DNA of 64,000 nt from Octopus sinensis (lineage: Eukaryota): assembly GCF_006345805.1 (NCBI RefSeq), contig NC_043010.1, positions 42,966,001 to 43,030,000 on the forward strand, written 5' to 3'. Position 1 is the first letter of the stretch, and every line of letters starts with the position of its first letter. The notes under the pieces were generated by a model that ran no database searches, was not told the DNA's origin, and saw nothing but the letters and a program-made list of their open reading frames with translations. Shown here piece by piece: positions 12,240 to 24,124 of this stretch. The position numbers were made by a program, and so were the translations under genes.

Positions 12240-13230
12240 GTCTAATACGTATATTAGGAAAGGATTGCAATCAATATTTAGTGTTTTGATCAGGGAAAAT
12301 ATTATTATTATCAAAAGAGGTACTAGCACTAGTATCAGTTAATATTAATGATATTTAGAGAAAGTGTGTTTAGCCTTATGAAGGCAAAAAACATTTCAAG
12401 TAGAGGAAAATCAGCCTTAAGTATAAAAAGTATCTCATTAATATAACAAGCATTTCTTACTCCTTGCATCATACACAGTGCTGAGGCTAGGATTTTTCCA
12501 ATGTTGGTCATAGTTAATACACTTATCTTTGAGGACCCATATATAGTTACTTAAACCAGTTGAGTTCCTCCTATTTCTGTTTCTGAAGGTATACATATGG
12601 TGATTTAGCCTATGTTTCATATGGTTTTGTGTGGTCCCCACATATACCTTATTATTCGATTGAGTACTTACTACACATTGGCAAACTACTTCTTTACTAT
12701 TGCAGTTATTACTAAAGACACAACTATTACTATTTCTACAATCACAAGATCTGTACTGTTGTGCAGGGTCTACACTGGTACGGTTAATATGTATATTGGG
12801 GGTATAATTAGGTGTGGTATAATTACTGTTGCTATGACTGGTGTTAATATTGTTGTTGTTGTTGTTATTCGTGTATGTATTACTGTTATTTTTTCTATTT
12901 AAGTAGAAGGTGTCAAGTTTTTATTATTCATGAAGGAGATGATAGTGGCCAGTGTTTTTCTGTTAATGATTTCCCAGTATTTATGTTTTCTTTTTTGTTT
13001 TTACTAAGTTGCTTTTAATTTGCATAGTATATGGTAGTATTAACCAGACAATATCGTTTCCTTTGTTTGCCGATTGGGGTTATTGTTCTTTGGTCTATTG
13101 TTATTATTAGGGTAATAATTTTTATTATTAATAATATCAACATTATACCCATCATTACTATTGTTATCACTGTTTATGGAGCTGATGACGGGTGCTTGTT
13201 TGGGATTTCTTATGTTATTCATTTTATGCT
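12240..13230 (-). mobile_element. Penelope-like element fragment: RT thumb, N-rich linker, GIY-YIG endonuclease
   Basis: RKRY..WLILPYTMQIKSNLVK (compare WFNPPYS.NV.TNIG), HKYWEIINRKTL, and VVCQCVVSTQSNNKVYVGTTQNHMKHRLNHHMYTFRNRNRRNSTGLSNYIWVLKD...KKC. Confidence 0.8.
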
Positions 13231-13234
13231 TCTT

Positions 13235-14052
13235 ATATCAAAAATCACAATTACCACTTTCACTAGCATTTGGTTCCACTACCATTTCCAAATCTGGGTC
13301 AAAATGTGATAATGACAATTCTGATGTTAAGATGTTTTCACTTTCTTCAAAAGCTTTTTGGCACTTGTAGGACCAGTTTCATTTAATGTCTTTTTTTAAC
13401 AAGTTATTGAGGGTTGCTCTCAAATCATGCATATTCAGTATGTATACCTGGTAGTATATTTTTTACTGCACTTACCCTTGATGGGTCTAGTCTACATCCA
13501 TTTTCATCAATGATCTGCCATAGATGTTTTATTCTTGGCATAAAAAATTCATACTTTTCCTTGCTGAGCTTAAACCCATAATCTTTTATTTTTTCGAAGA
13601 CCTTTCTTACATATTCAACATGCTGACCACGAGATTCGCTTTTTACGAGCATGTCATCGAGGTAAGCTATTGCAAAATTCAAACCTGCAAGCATAGTATC
13701 CATAAGTTGTTGGAATATACCTGGTGCTACCTTTCTACCGAAAGGAAATCGATTAAGTTTATATAATCCTTTATGGGTATTTATCATTAATAATTCCTCA
13801 TCAACCTGCAGGTATGCTTCAGACAGGTTCAATTTTTGGAAAAAGTTTCCTCCATTCAACTTCACAAAAATTTCTTCTGGACTTATTAATGGTTAATTAT
13901 ATGGCATCAAACATACATTTAACCCTTTAAAAAATCGGCACATATATGGATTTTAGTATTTTTTTTCTTGACATAAACTTGTTGAGGATACCCATTCAGC
14001 GTAATCAATTTTTTCAATAACCCCAAGCTTTTCAACTCTATCCAATTCTTCA
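13235..14052 (-). mobile_element. Ty3/Gypsy pol fragment (RT through start of RNase H), decayed
   Basis: EELDRVEKLGVIEKIDYAEW, KIHICADF, KLNLSEAYLQV...INTHKGLYKLNRFPFG..APGIFQQLMD...AYLDDMLV, and LTSELSLSHFDPDLEMVV. Confidence 0.9.
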
Positions 14053-14904
14053 TTGACTTCTTGCAATGCTGTGAAAGGTATAGTCCTTTTTGGAAGCTGG
14101 ATGCTATTCCTTGGTTACAGGAATGGCATCCAGTTGAAGGAAATTTGCCTCAGTAAACTTTGTCTGGCCCATTGCAAGCCTGGAAAAGTAGACATTAAAA
14201 CAATCATGATAATATGTATCATCATCGTCATCAATTAACATTCATTTTTCCATGCTGGCATGGGTTAGATGGTTTGACAGGACCTGGATGCCCTTCCTAA
14301 TGCCAATCATTTTACTGAGTATACTAGGTGCTACCAGCACTGGTATTTTTTATGGTATACTACCAGCACTGGTATTTTTTATGTAGTACCAGGACTAATG
14401 GGTTCGCCAAGTAATTTGCAAGACAAAGATCCCTCAGCTGGGAGAGGTAGTGGTACTGAGGCAGGTGGCTTTGTGCTGGTTGGGAGGTAAAATATAATAG
14501 ATAGAAATAGGTGTCTTACTATGGAGGAGATTATTGACTATCCTACTAGGATAAGAAAGGAGAGAAAAGAGGGATAAGAGTTAGAGAAAAAGCTAGCTAG
14601 ATCAGTAGATAGGCAAGGTAAGGCAGCTAGGTTTAGGAGGAAGAGAAATGGATGGTTGTGGAGATATATTGGGATATACCCATAAGGTACAGTGGGAGTA
14701 AATATAAGTGGTATAGCGGGGTACCTATTCAAGAACAAGAACACATCAGGCCACAAGAAATGGCATTGTACTATATGGCAGCATTGAAATATGAAAGAAG
14801 AGAGAGTGGTGCTTCTTGCTGTTTCATGTTTTAATTTTATTTTAATTTTAAATGGTTCTTGAAATTATATTTATCTTACTTTTATATAAATCTTATTGTT
14901 GCTT

Positions 14905-15036
14905 TTTCTTTTTATTTTTCAGGTGATTTTGAAACGTTGAAATGTTGAAAACTGAAATAAAACAAAAGTAAAATTAGTTCATTCTGAAATATTCATTTTA
15001 AAAGCTCAAATATTTATTTTGAAACATATACCAAAA
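14905..15036 (+). other. Splice acceptor and 5' UTR portion of the ZNF coding exon, with a 9-codon uORF
   Basis: Polypyrimidine tract TTTTTCTTTTTATTTTTCAG|G, exon start 14923. uORF ATG 14942 to TAA 14971 (MLKTEIKQK). Confidence 0.6.
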
Positions 15037-16023
15037 ATGTATTCTATGCAAGGTACTTCAACTAACTATCCACTTGGTCGTCAGTTCACATGTGAAACCT
15101 GTGGTGCTGTCTTCCCCCTCTATGATCAAATGAAGAGACATAAACAACAAACACACAGTGACAACAAGACATATTCATGCTCATATTGCCACAAAGTCTT
15201 TGCACAAGTGTCTAGCATGCGTAGTCATGAGCGATGTCATACAGGAGAACGGCCCTATACATGTTTAACATGTAGTCGTGGATTTTCCCAGAAAGGGAAT
15301 CTAAAACATCATATGATGACTCATACTGGTGAAAAGCCATTTAAATGTCCACTCTGTTGGAAATCTTTTTCTCAACGTGGAAATTTGAAACATCATCAAA
15401 GATGTCACACTGGTGACAAACCATACACATGTGTCACGTGCCATAAATCTTTCTCTCAAATTGCTAGCTTAAAAAATCACCATCGAGTTCATTCAGGTGA
15501 GAAGCCATTTACATGTGAAACATGCCACAAATCATTTTCTCAAAAAGGAAATCTTAAAATTCATGAGCGTTCACACACAGGAGACAAGCCTTACTCGTGT
15601 GATGTTTGTCAAAAAGCGTTTTCTCAAATCAGCAACTTAAAGATTCACAAAATGTCTCATGATGGTCAGAAACCATTTTCATGTCCTATCTGCGCTCGTG
15701 GATTTTCCCAGAAAGGAAATTTGAAAACTCATATCCGCAACCATGAGAATAATAACCGTAAAATGCCATTGAGCTGTGATGTTTGTGGTAAAGAGTTTGT
15801 TCATAAATCACTGCTGAAATGCCATGAAAAAACACACCTGGTTGAAAGAATGAATGCAATAAATGTTGCTCCCCACCACACACAACATAATGTCACTTCT
15901 AATAATGGCCCCAACAACAATAATAACACAAGCCATACCACCACCACCACCACCAATCCACATCATCAACACCAGCCCCATAACCAAAATATTATGAGGG
16001 GCATTGTATACAAGCAACTTTAA
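15037..16023 (+). CDS. C2H2 zinc-finger protein, 9 fingers plus an N/H/T/Q-rich tail (328 aa, single coding exon)
   Basis: Intact ORF. The track's TTG start at 15019 is less likely than the ATG at 15037. Tandem CxxC-x12-H-x3/4-H fingers with TGE(K/R)P(Y/F)-type linkers. AATAAA at 16347-16352. Confidence 0.93.
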   Translation: MYSMQGTSTNYPLGRQFTCETCGAVFPLYDQMKRHKQQTHSDNKTYSCSYCHKVFAQVSSMRSHERCHTGERPYTCLTCSRGFSQKGNLKHHMMTHTGEKPFKCPLCWKSFSQRGNLKHHQRCHTGDKPYTCVTCHKSFSQIASLKNHHRVHSGEKPFTCETCHKSFSQKGNLKIHERSHTGDKPYSCDVCQKAFSQISNLKIHKMSHDGQKPFSCPICARGFSQKGNLKTHIRNHENNNRKMPLSCDVCGKEFVHKSLLKCHEKTHLVERMNAINVAPHHTQHNVTSNNGPNNNNNTSHTTTTTTNPHHQHQPHNQNIMRGIVYKQL

Positions 16024-17764
16024 CTGAAAGATTTGAACTTTCCAACTGATAAAGTGAATTCAAAATCATCAAAAATAATCTAAGCAGCTGAAAAACAACT
16101 GGAAAAGATAAAAATCAAAAAGAAAAGTTAACATTATTTTTAGCTGAGGCAAAACAAAGTTATATATTTAGATCAAATATTTTTCTCAAAAGGCCTCTTT
16201 GGCTGTATTTATCTCTGTCATAACCTAGTGCATTTCCTCCATTTCCTCACACCTTTGTTCATTTTAATTAAATCAAGAAAATTTTAAGTAAACACAATTA
16301 TATAATGTTTATATACAAACACATTCATATGTACACATATTTATATAATAAATACATCACTTACATATGTATCTGTATCAATATTAGAAAGGCAGAAAAT
16401 GACATTGGAAAAACAGAATTGGTAGAACATCGGACAAAGTGCTTTACAGTATTTAGTTAGGTCCCTTTAGGTTCAAACTTTAAATTCCACTTAGGCTGGC
16501 CTTGCTGTGCATCCTTCAGGATTGATACAAAAGGTGTCAATCTAGAATGGGAGTCTGTGTAGTTTACACACACAAAAAAGAACAACAAATATACATGAAC
16601 TTGTAAGAAATCAAAGATGGTCAAGCATTTTCTTTTCATTAAATACACACACATCACCACCACCATCATCATCATCATCATCATCGTCATTATAACATCT
16701 GCTTTTCCATGCTTGCATGGGTCAAATGATAATGTTTGTTGAAGCACGTATTTCTACAGCTAGAGGCTCTTGTTTCCAAACAAAGTATTATTTTTCCTAG
16801 TACAACAAACAGCAAACAGGCCAGTTGTGCATTTGCAGAGGATTCTAAACAAACAACACTGTTTTTATGAATGGTGACACATTGCTTACAATCAATGTGC
16901 ACATGTCAAGATAAGGGAAATACATACATATGCACACACATACATATATACATATCTGTAATGGTTTCATGCCAAAAAAGAGATGAAAGTTCAGCAATCA
17001 CTAGATACAGCTGAATTGAAAAGTATGAGCCTTGGCTCTTTGCTACCGAAGGTCTAAAAGCATCACATTCAATATAGAGTTGTTAAAAAAGAAAAATTTC
17101 AATGCTGAAAGAACACAAACCAAAACCACACACAAAAAAAGGGGGTGGCTAATTTTGGCCAACAGAGTTATACCTCTTGACTTTTTATTTTTATTTTTTT
17201 TATTCACTAATGACCTGCATTCCAAGGTTCAGATGACAAAAAGAGCTGTAATCAGATGTGACACTTTCAGTAACAATCAGTGAAGGCAATACATTTCCAG
17301 TCAGCTATATCTAATAAATGCTGAACTTGCATGAAACCATTTGGTAATATATTGGCTGCTATGAGACTATAATGTATAAATAATTTGATGTTATAGTTAA
17401 TAATATTATATAAATATATTATAGTTTATGTATATTATTGACTTTAATATTATATAGATGTGTTTCCAGTTCCCAAATTCACTCACCAGGCATTGGTCAA
17501 CATATAGTTGTATAAGTCAACTGCAGCCAACAGTGACCTTTTCTGTAGGTAGGTTTGTGTGTGTGGTGTGTGTGTATAAATATTATTAAACTGAAAAGAG
17601 ATGAAGATTGGCAACATGAAGGGCATCTAACCATAGGAAAGCTACTTCAAAACAATCTAACCTGTGCAAGCACAAGAAAGTGGATGTAAAAACTATAATG
17701 ATGATGAAAGGTACATGTATCTATCTATCTATAAATATATATATATATACACACAACATTATAT

Positions 17765-18030
17765 AAAAGACAAGAAAACAAGAAATTATTTAATGAACTT
17801 CATTAACTTACAACTGTTTCTGCTATGAGATGCAATGCACTCATCAGAGCTTTGAAAATGAAGTGCAATTTTATTTGGGAAAGCATTTATTTATTTAGAG
17901 GACTTCATGAAAATGTAATGTAGTATTGAGTTTGAAAGGGAAAATGTTGTACTTGACTAATGTTTTTCTCTGAAGCATGTATATATTGAGTTCTAATACC
18001 AGGTTATTGGTATTACTATGTCTAAGCATA
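17765..18030 (-). mobile_element. Short PLE 3' end remnant carrying a hammerhead
   Basis: LQRKTLVKYNIFPFKLN weakly resembles a PLE endonuclease end; the hammerhead lies just downstream, then a (TA)n tract. Confidence 0.45.
17799..17856 (-). ncRNA. Type I hammerhead ribozyme (GUA cleavage triplet)
   Basis: UUCA-AA-AGCU read as helix I 5' strand UUCAAAGCU, then CUGAUGA-G-UGC(AUUGCAUCUCAUA)GCA-GAAA-CAGUUGU-A/AGUUAAUGAA. Helix I: AGCU/AGUU, a 2x2 internal loop, then UUCA/UGAA. Predicted cut between 17809 and 17808. Confidence 0.6.
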
Positions 18031-18244
18031 TGTATGTACACACACATACCTGTTTTGGAATAATACTTCTCAAAATACATCACACAGTTATAAAACCCTT
18101 TTGGGATAGAAAGGTTGAAAGCTGCCCATGGGACTTGAATCTACATCTATATTTCTATATTTTTATATATGTGTGTGTATTTATATATTTATATGTGTGT
18201 GTGTATGTATATATATATATGTGTGTGTGTGTGTGTATATATAT

Positions 18245-20960
18245 CAACCAGCATCCAGATGGTCTTCTTGTGTCCAGAGATCAGCTTACCAAGTTTCTCC
18301 TGTTCCCTCTGTATTGGGTTGCATGCATACAATCAACCAGGCTCTTGTTTGCTGTCCCTCATTTCATGTTGTCAGTTCACAAACTTCTTTGATGACCTCT
18401 TACTCTCTTCTCCTCACATTTCCTGTCAGGGTTATCTTAGAATGTGACTCCTGGAACATTGCATGTTCAAAATATGATAGCTTTGTGGACTTGATTCTCA
18501 ACAAACAATAGATATCTTTAGATTTTCAGCATTTCCAGTATTGCAGCATTTGTTACCCTGTCTTTCTAGTTTATCCTGCCATATCTGCAAAAGATCTACT
18601 TTTCGAAGGTTTCTATTTTTTTCTTCATAGCTATGTGCATTGCCCAAGTTTCTGCCCTTTGAAGGACAGTTGGCATGGTATAACACTTTCCTAGCTTCAG
18701 TTTTTTTTTTTTGTTACCTTATTTATTCATTGAGTAACTTCTACAAAGCAACCTTTGATTTATTGTTTGTCTTAGAGGCTTGAAGCTTTTTTTATTTGCT
18801 CAAGCTTCTGTTTGTTCTGTCTTGCTAATAACCATTGTTTTTGTCTTTTTTTACATCTATATTTAGACCGTTCTTATCACTTTGCTCTTTTACATCAGTA
18901 ATTTCTAGTAATTTCTCATTGCTTTCTGACAAATAATGCTGTCATTAGATTATGTTCATGTCATTGACTATGAGTCCTTTGATCTCATATGACTTTGAGT
19001 ATATACTCAGTACAAATATTGAATAGGAATAGTGATAATACACATCCTTGTCTTACACCCCTTTTGATCTCTGCTGGTTCTAACAATTCCTGGTCTATTT
19101 TGATGGCTGTCTGTTGGCTCCAGTATAACACACAGATGATTCTGATGTCTTTTCCTTTAAAACTGTTTCTTTTTTTTAGAAGCAATGCGCTCTCTGTGGT
19201 GTATGCAGTCAAATACCTTGGCATAATCTATGAAGTGAGCAAACAGATCTTTCTGAATTTGCATTTGTTTTTGTACATAACTGCTGAAGCAGAATGTGGC
19301 ACCTCTTGTACCTTTATTGAGTTTAAGTCCAATTTGCTCCTTATTGACTTCATTTATTTTGCTTTATATTTTCCCTAGCATGATAGTAAGAAATATTTTA
19401 AGAGCACGAGGTATGAGACTTATAGACTTGGAGTTAGAACACTCATTTGCCTTAAGTTCTTTCAGGTGGGGTGATAAATACCAAAGTTTTAAAATCTTAG
19501 GGGAAGTGTCCAGTGTCATAGATGTCATAGAAAAGAAAAGGTCTGTGAGTTTGTCAATGCCATAATTTTCTAGTGCTTCTAACATCTCACATGTTACTCT
19601 ATGTGGTCCTGGAGCTTTACCTTTTCTCAGTCTTCAAAATCTTTAATTCATTAAGGCTGGAGGTGAAGGTTTTTCAGGTTTTTCATCCTCAAATATTTCT
19701 CCTATTTATTCTGTCCATCTTTTACTAATCTTATTTTCAAAAAACAGTTTTCCTTTGCTTTTAATATATCCCCCTTTTGTGTTTTACTACCTATTACTTA
19801 TTTGATAGTTTTATTCATTTAATTGTTTGTTTGTTTTTTAAGAGTCTTGATTTCAACACATTTTCCTTTCTGCCATTTTTTTTCTCTTTCCTATATTTAA
19901 TTTTGATGATTTCATTTATGTTTCTGGAGATTAGTGTTCTCTGTCTTTTTTTGCATTCTAATGTTCGAGAATTTCTCCAGCCATCCATTGCTGTCTTTTT
20001 TTTTACCTCTAGTAATGTATTTACCCCATACTTCACACTGTCTCTGAGATTTTCCCATTTGACATCAGTTTTTCCATTAGGTGTTTCTTGAAGACATTTT
20101 CCAAACCTTCAGTTCCTGAACAGTTCATATTTGTTTGTTTTTTTTACTTCAGTGGTATATCTGTTTCACATCTTCTAGTCTCAGACAGTCAATATCATAA
20201 ACCTTCTTTGCTCTGGTTTCTTTGCCCATGCAATTTTCAAGCTTTATGCTGATGTTTGCAATAACAAGGTTGTGATCCAAAAAAGATGTCCACGCTTGGG
20301 TATGTTTTGCTCTTTTTGATATTGTTGCAGAATTGGCTACTTATCAAGTATGTAATCAATTTGCTTTCTTCCTACACAGTGAGGGCTTTCCAAGTGTATC
20401 TTTTCCTTGCCAGAAGATCAAACATAATGTTTGCAATACACATTTTGTATCTTTTGCATATTGTATCTCTCTCATTTCTTTTGTCTGGTTCATAATTTCC
20501 TGTCAGAAAAGTTTATTTTCCTGAGTCAGTCTAACTTAGCCTTGAAATCTCCTATAGTCAGTAAAATATTAGTGCCGGGTTGATTGTTTGATAAAACTCT
20601 TTCACTTGTTCATCTGAGTGTGCTGTTGTGGGTGGGGCATAGACTTTTAAAATAGCTATTTTGAAAAACTTTGCTTGATTTTTCATTAACTGGCCTTGTA
20701 CAAATTTTCTCAATTTTTCATGCATCAACACTTCTATCCCATGTTCATGTTTTACATCTGCATGTTGGAAATCATAATATTCACTTTTGTTATAGCTGTC
20801 TCCTACCCATTTTGTTTCTGATATGCTCATGAAATCTGTACTAAGGACATCACCTTCCTGGATTAAATTAACTAACTTTTCTTTCTGAATCAAAGTTCTG
20901 ATATACATGTGCCTATTCTAAAACTCCTCTTACAAAATTTCATATATGCCTCCCCTTATG
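18245..20960 (-). mobile_element. Near full-length decayed RTE (BovB-like) LINE: AP endonuclease plus RT
   Basis: MSISETKWVG...KVYAPPTTAHSDEQVKEFYQ (APE), ANECSNSKSISLIPRALKIFLTIM, and AEIKRGVRQGCVLSLFLFNICTE (RT); many stops and frameshifts. Confidence 0.85.
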
Positions 20961-22317
20961 AAGTGTCACTTCCTTGTAATTTTGAACAAAATTATCTACC
21001 GAGGTCCCAGATTCCTTTGTATTACTGGTCTGCTTTTATTTGGTTCAGTATTGGTATTTCTTTGGGATAAAATACAATGGGGTCCCAATCCCTTTCACAA
21101 TGACTGGCCAAAGTCATTTTCTGTGACTTGACATGTCCTGTCTTATGGCATATCCCATTTGCTACAGTCACATATTCAAAGCCAATGACCTATTTTGTTC
21201 ATTTGCATTCTCTGCTCTTCCAGGTTTTATGTAATTAGGGACTGACATTATCACTCTCAGGTATGGCCCTTGATTTCAGTTTTGTGGTTTAGTTGTCTAG
21301 TTGAAACCAGGAATCAAGTTGTGACCACTATCATATACTGCAGCATCTGTCAAGGTATACTTGAACTGTGTGTGTGTGTGTGTGTGTGTGTATAAATATA
21401 TGTATCTATGGCTATGTATATGTAAATACACACACATATTGCGGACAAGAAAGTAAACTTTGAACACAGTAAAGCTATAAGAACAGCAGAGAAAGACTGG
21501 GTATTTACCCTTATAAAATGGAAAAAAGTCGTTAGGAGACAGCTATGGGGTTGAACCTGTACCCCTCAGATACCAGCTGAGTGCTTTAACCATTAAACTA
21601 AATGGCTGTCTACTCTTTAGATGACCATGACCATCACTGACATATGTCAGCAATACCCATGCAAGAGCTTGAAGTTGAGTGTGGTTTGCCTGCACCACAA
21701 CTCTGACTAGCAATACCAAGAAGCCCAGAGAGCAGCAAAGTGCAAGATATCAAGCTTAGTAGAGCAGCGAGTTTTATATACACATTAGGTTTCTCCTAGA
21801 GGGATGCCTTATTAAGACCAAGAGTCCCTTCCTCCATATAGGCTTCACCACCCTAAGTATTTCTATGTCCCAGTGCTCATATACTAGTTAAGCTGGGACC
21901 ATGACAGGTGCTACTACTCAGGATCAGAGTAGACCTGGAAACATTAGTGGCCTTGAGGTAGTTTCACACACCCCACAATCTTGCAACCCCTGAACCAGAG
22001 TCCCGCTACCGGATGCAATTTAAAGTCATACCGAGGACAATACATATACACACATGAATAATCTTATCATTAATTGAATCCAGGATAACTTAACTAACAT
22101 TACCATATTCACTTTTGGTACGATTTATAAGTTTACATTTAGTGTCAGCTAAAAAATTCAATTTGTGATCTTATCAAGTTTTGGGAAAAGGTCAGGGAGC
22201 TAAACATTCAACCCTATCATATATTTCACTTACACTAATTGCTTCACTTGGTTATTTGTGTTAGGATTTGTGTAATGTGTGTTAGGATTAGTTCTTTTTT
22301 AATAAGTTTTGATAATA

Positions 22318-22360
22318 TTATGAGGCTGAGAAATTCCTTTAGAATTTCTCAGCCTCATAA
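22318..22360. repeat. Perfect 19-bp inverted repeat with a 5-nt loop
   Basis: TTATGAGGCTGAGAAATTC-CTTTA-GAATTTCTCAGCCTCATAA. Confidence 0.9.
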
Positions 22361-22790
22361 GTGTTTTGTTTTGTCTGGAAGTACTTATAGTTTACTAGTA
22401 TCATAAAAATGCTTTAGATCATTTATTAGTGTGTACTGGAAGGTGTTGGAAAATTTTCTAAACTTTACCTTCCTTGTCAGCTTCAGCAGATCATTTTCAA
22501 GAGCTTTTAAACTGTGGTGAGCATTTTCTTGTTTTAAGTCCACATTTATTGTCAGATAAATTCTCATGAGGTCCTTTTTCTAAGAAAGAGATTTTCCAGT
22601 GTGTGTGTGCTTGATTAGGTGTTCATTTTTTTCTCTATAAGCTTTTTAATAATGTCCAGTTTCCTTGGTGTCATCAGGGTATTCATCAGGATATTGCTCC
22701 ATGTCAGTGCTCAACTTTGTAGATGGAACTCATCAACTGAGGAGGGAATATTAGGTTTGATGATATATTCAAGGAAATAGAACTCAAAAC
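22361..22790 (-). mobile_element. Penelope-like element ORF N-terminal fragment
   Basis: EYIIKPNIPSSVDEF...LKALENDLLKLTRKVKFRKFSNTFQYTLINDLK...VLPDKT (compare AFENDL..L...KFR..FQ..L..D and ADKT). Confidence 0.7.
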
Positions 22791-22802
22791 ATGAGTGTGT
22801 AC

Positions 22803-22837
<35 letters not shown>

Positions 22838-24046
22838 TGTACATATGTACACACACACATGTATATATGTTTCAAATTTTGGCACAAGGCCAGCAATTTC
22901 AGGGAGTTGGGTAATTTGATTACATCAACCCCAGTGTTCAACTGGTACTTATTTCATTGTTCCTGAAAGGTGAAGTTGACCTTGGCGGAATTTGAACTCA
23001 GAATGTAAAGGCAGGCAAAATGCTGCTAACCATTTTGTCCACACATATGTTAGTATATACATATATGTATACACATATACACACACACACAGTAACTGTA
23101 TTAGTTTGACACACATATATATATACATGTATTATACATATACATTCATGAATGTATGTATACATATATATGTATGTAAAGATACTCACATAAACAGAAA
23201 TATATATATGACATCATAATCATCAACATTGTTTTTAATGTCCACTTTTCCATGCATGCATGAGTCTTATGAAGTTTATTGAGGCAGATTGTCTATGCCT
23301 CTCTTGTCACCTGCTTTCACTTGTTTCCAAGCAAGGTAATATTTCTCTATGGCTAGACATGTTCTTGCAGAATATTGGAACTGAAAGTCACTTTTTTTAA
23401 ATCAATGTCACCCATTCACAACTGTCAAACAATGTCAAGCCATGTAGATTCAAACATACATACATACATCATAAACACACACACATAAATTTATTTATGT
23501 ATGTATGGCAAACTTCTTCTAGTTTTCTCTCTACAAAATCCACTCATGGGTCGTTGGTTGACCCAGGGCTGTAGCAGAAGACACATTTGCAAGTTGCCTT
23601 GCAGTGGGGATGAAGACAAAACCATGTTTAGGAAGCAAACTTCTTAAATTGCATGGCGATGCTTCTGTGTGTGTTATATGTATGTACATATATATCCTTA
23701 TATATGGATTTGGATATATGTATTATTGTTTGTGTTTGTGTGCACAGGCACAAGCCAGCAAACAATTTCTTTACAGGGAGTGTGACGTCATCACTGCCTA
23801 CACTTCAGTGATTTTCACAGCTAAATGTAAACAAAGTCACTGACATACACATCTCTCTCTCTCTCTCTATCTATCTATCTCATAAATTTATAGGATGGGA
23901 TTCTTTCAAGGTTTTGGGTGGCTGGGAATGTAGCAGAAATCACATGCCCAAAGTCCCACATGGTAGAACTGAAAGTATGTGCATGGGAAGCAGACTTCTT
24001 AATACAACTAAGATTGTGCCTTATACATTCATAAATGTGTGTGTGT

Positions 24047-24080
<34 letters not shown>

Positions 24081-24124
24081 ATATATGCATATAATATATG
24101 TGTGTGTGTATATATATATATGTG

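Noticed and set aside
15019-15036. TTG start proposed by the ORF track
   Set aside because: Eukaryotic gene; an in-frame ATG in A-rich context lies at 15037.
21548-21608. tRNA-like A/B boxes on the - strand
   Set aside because: No complete cloverleaf or acceptor stem; likely a decayed SINE head rather than a tRNA gene.
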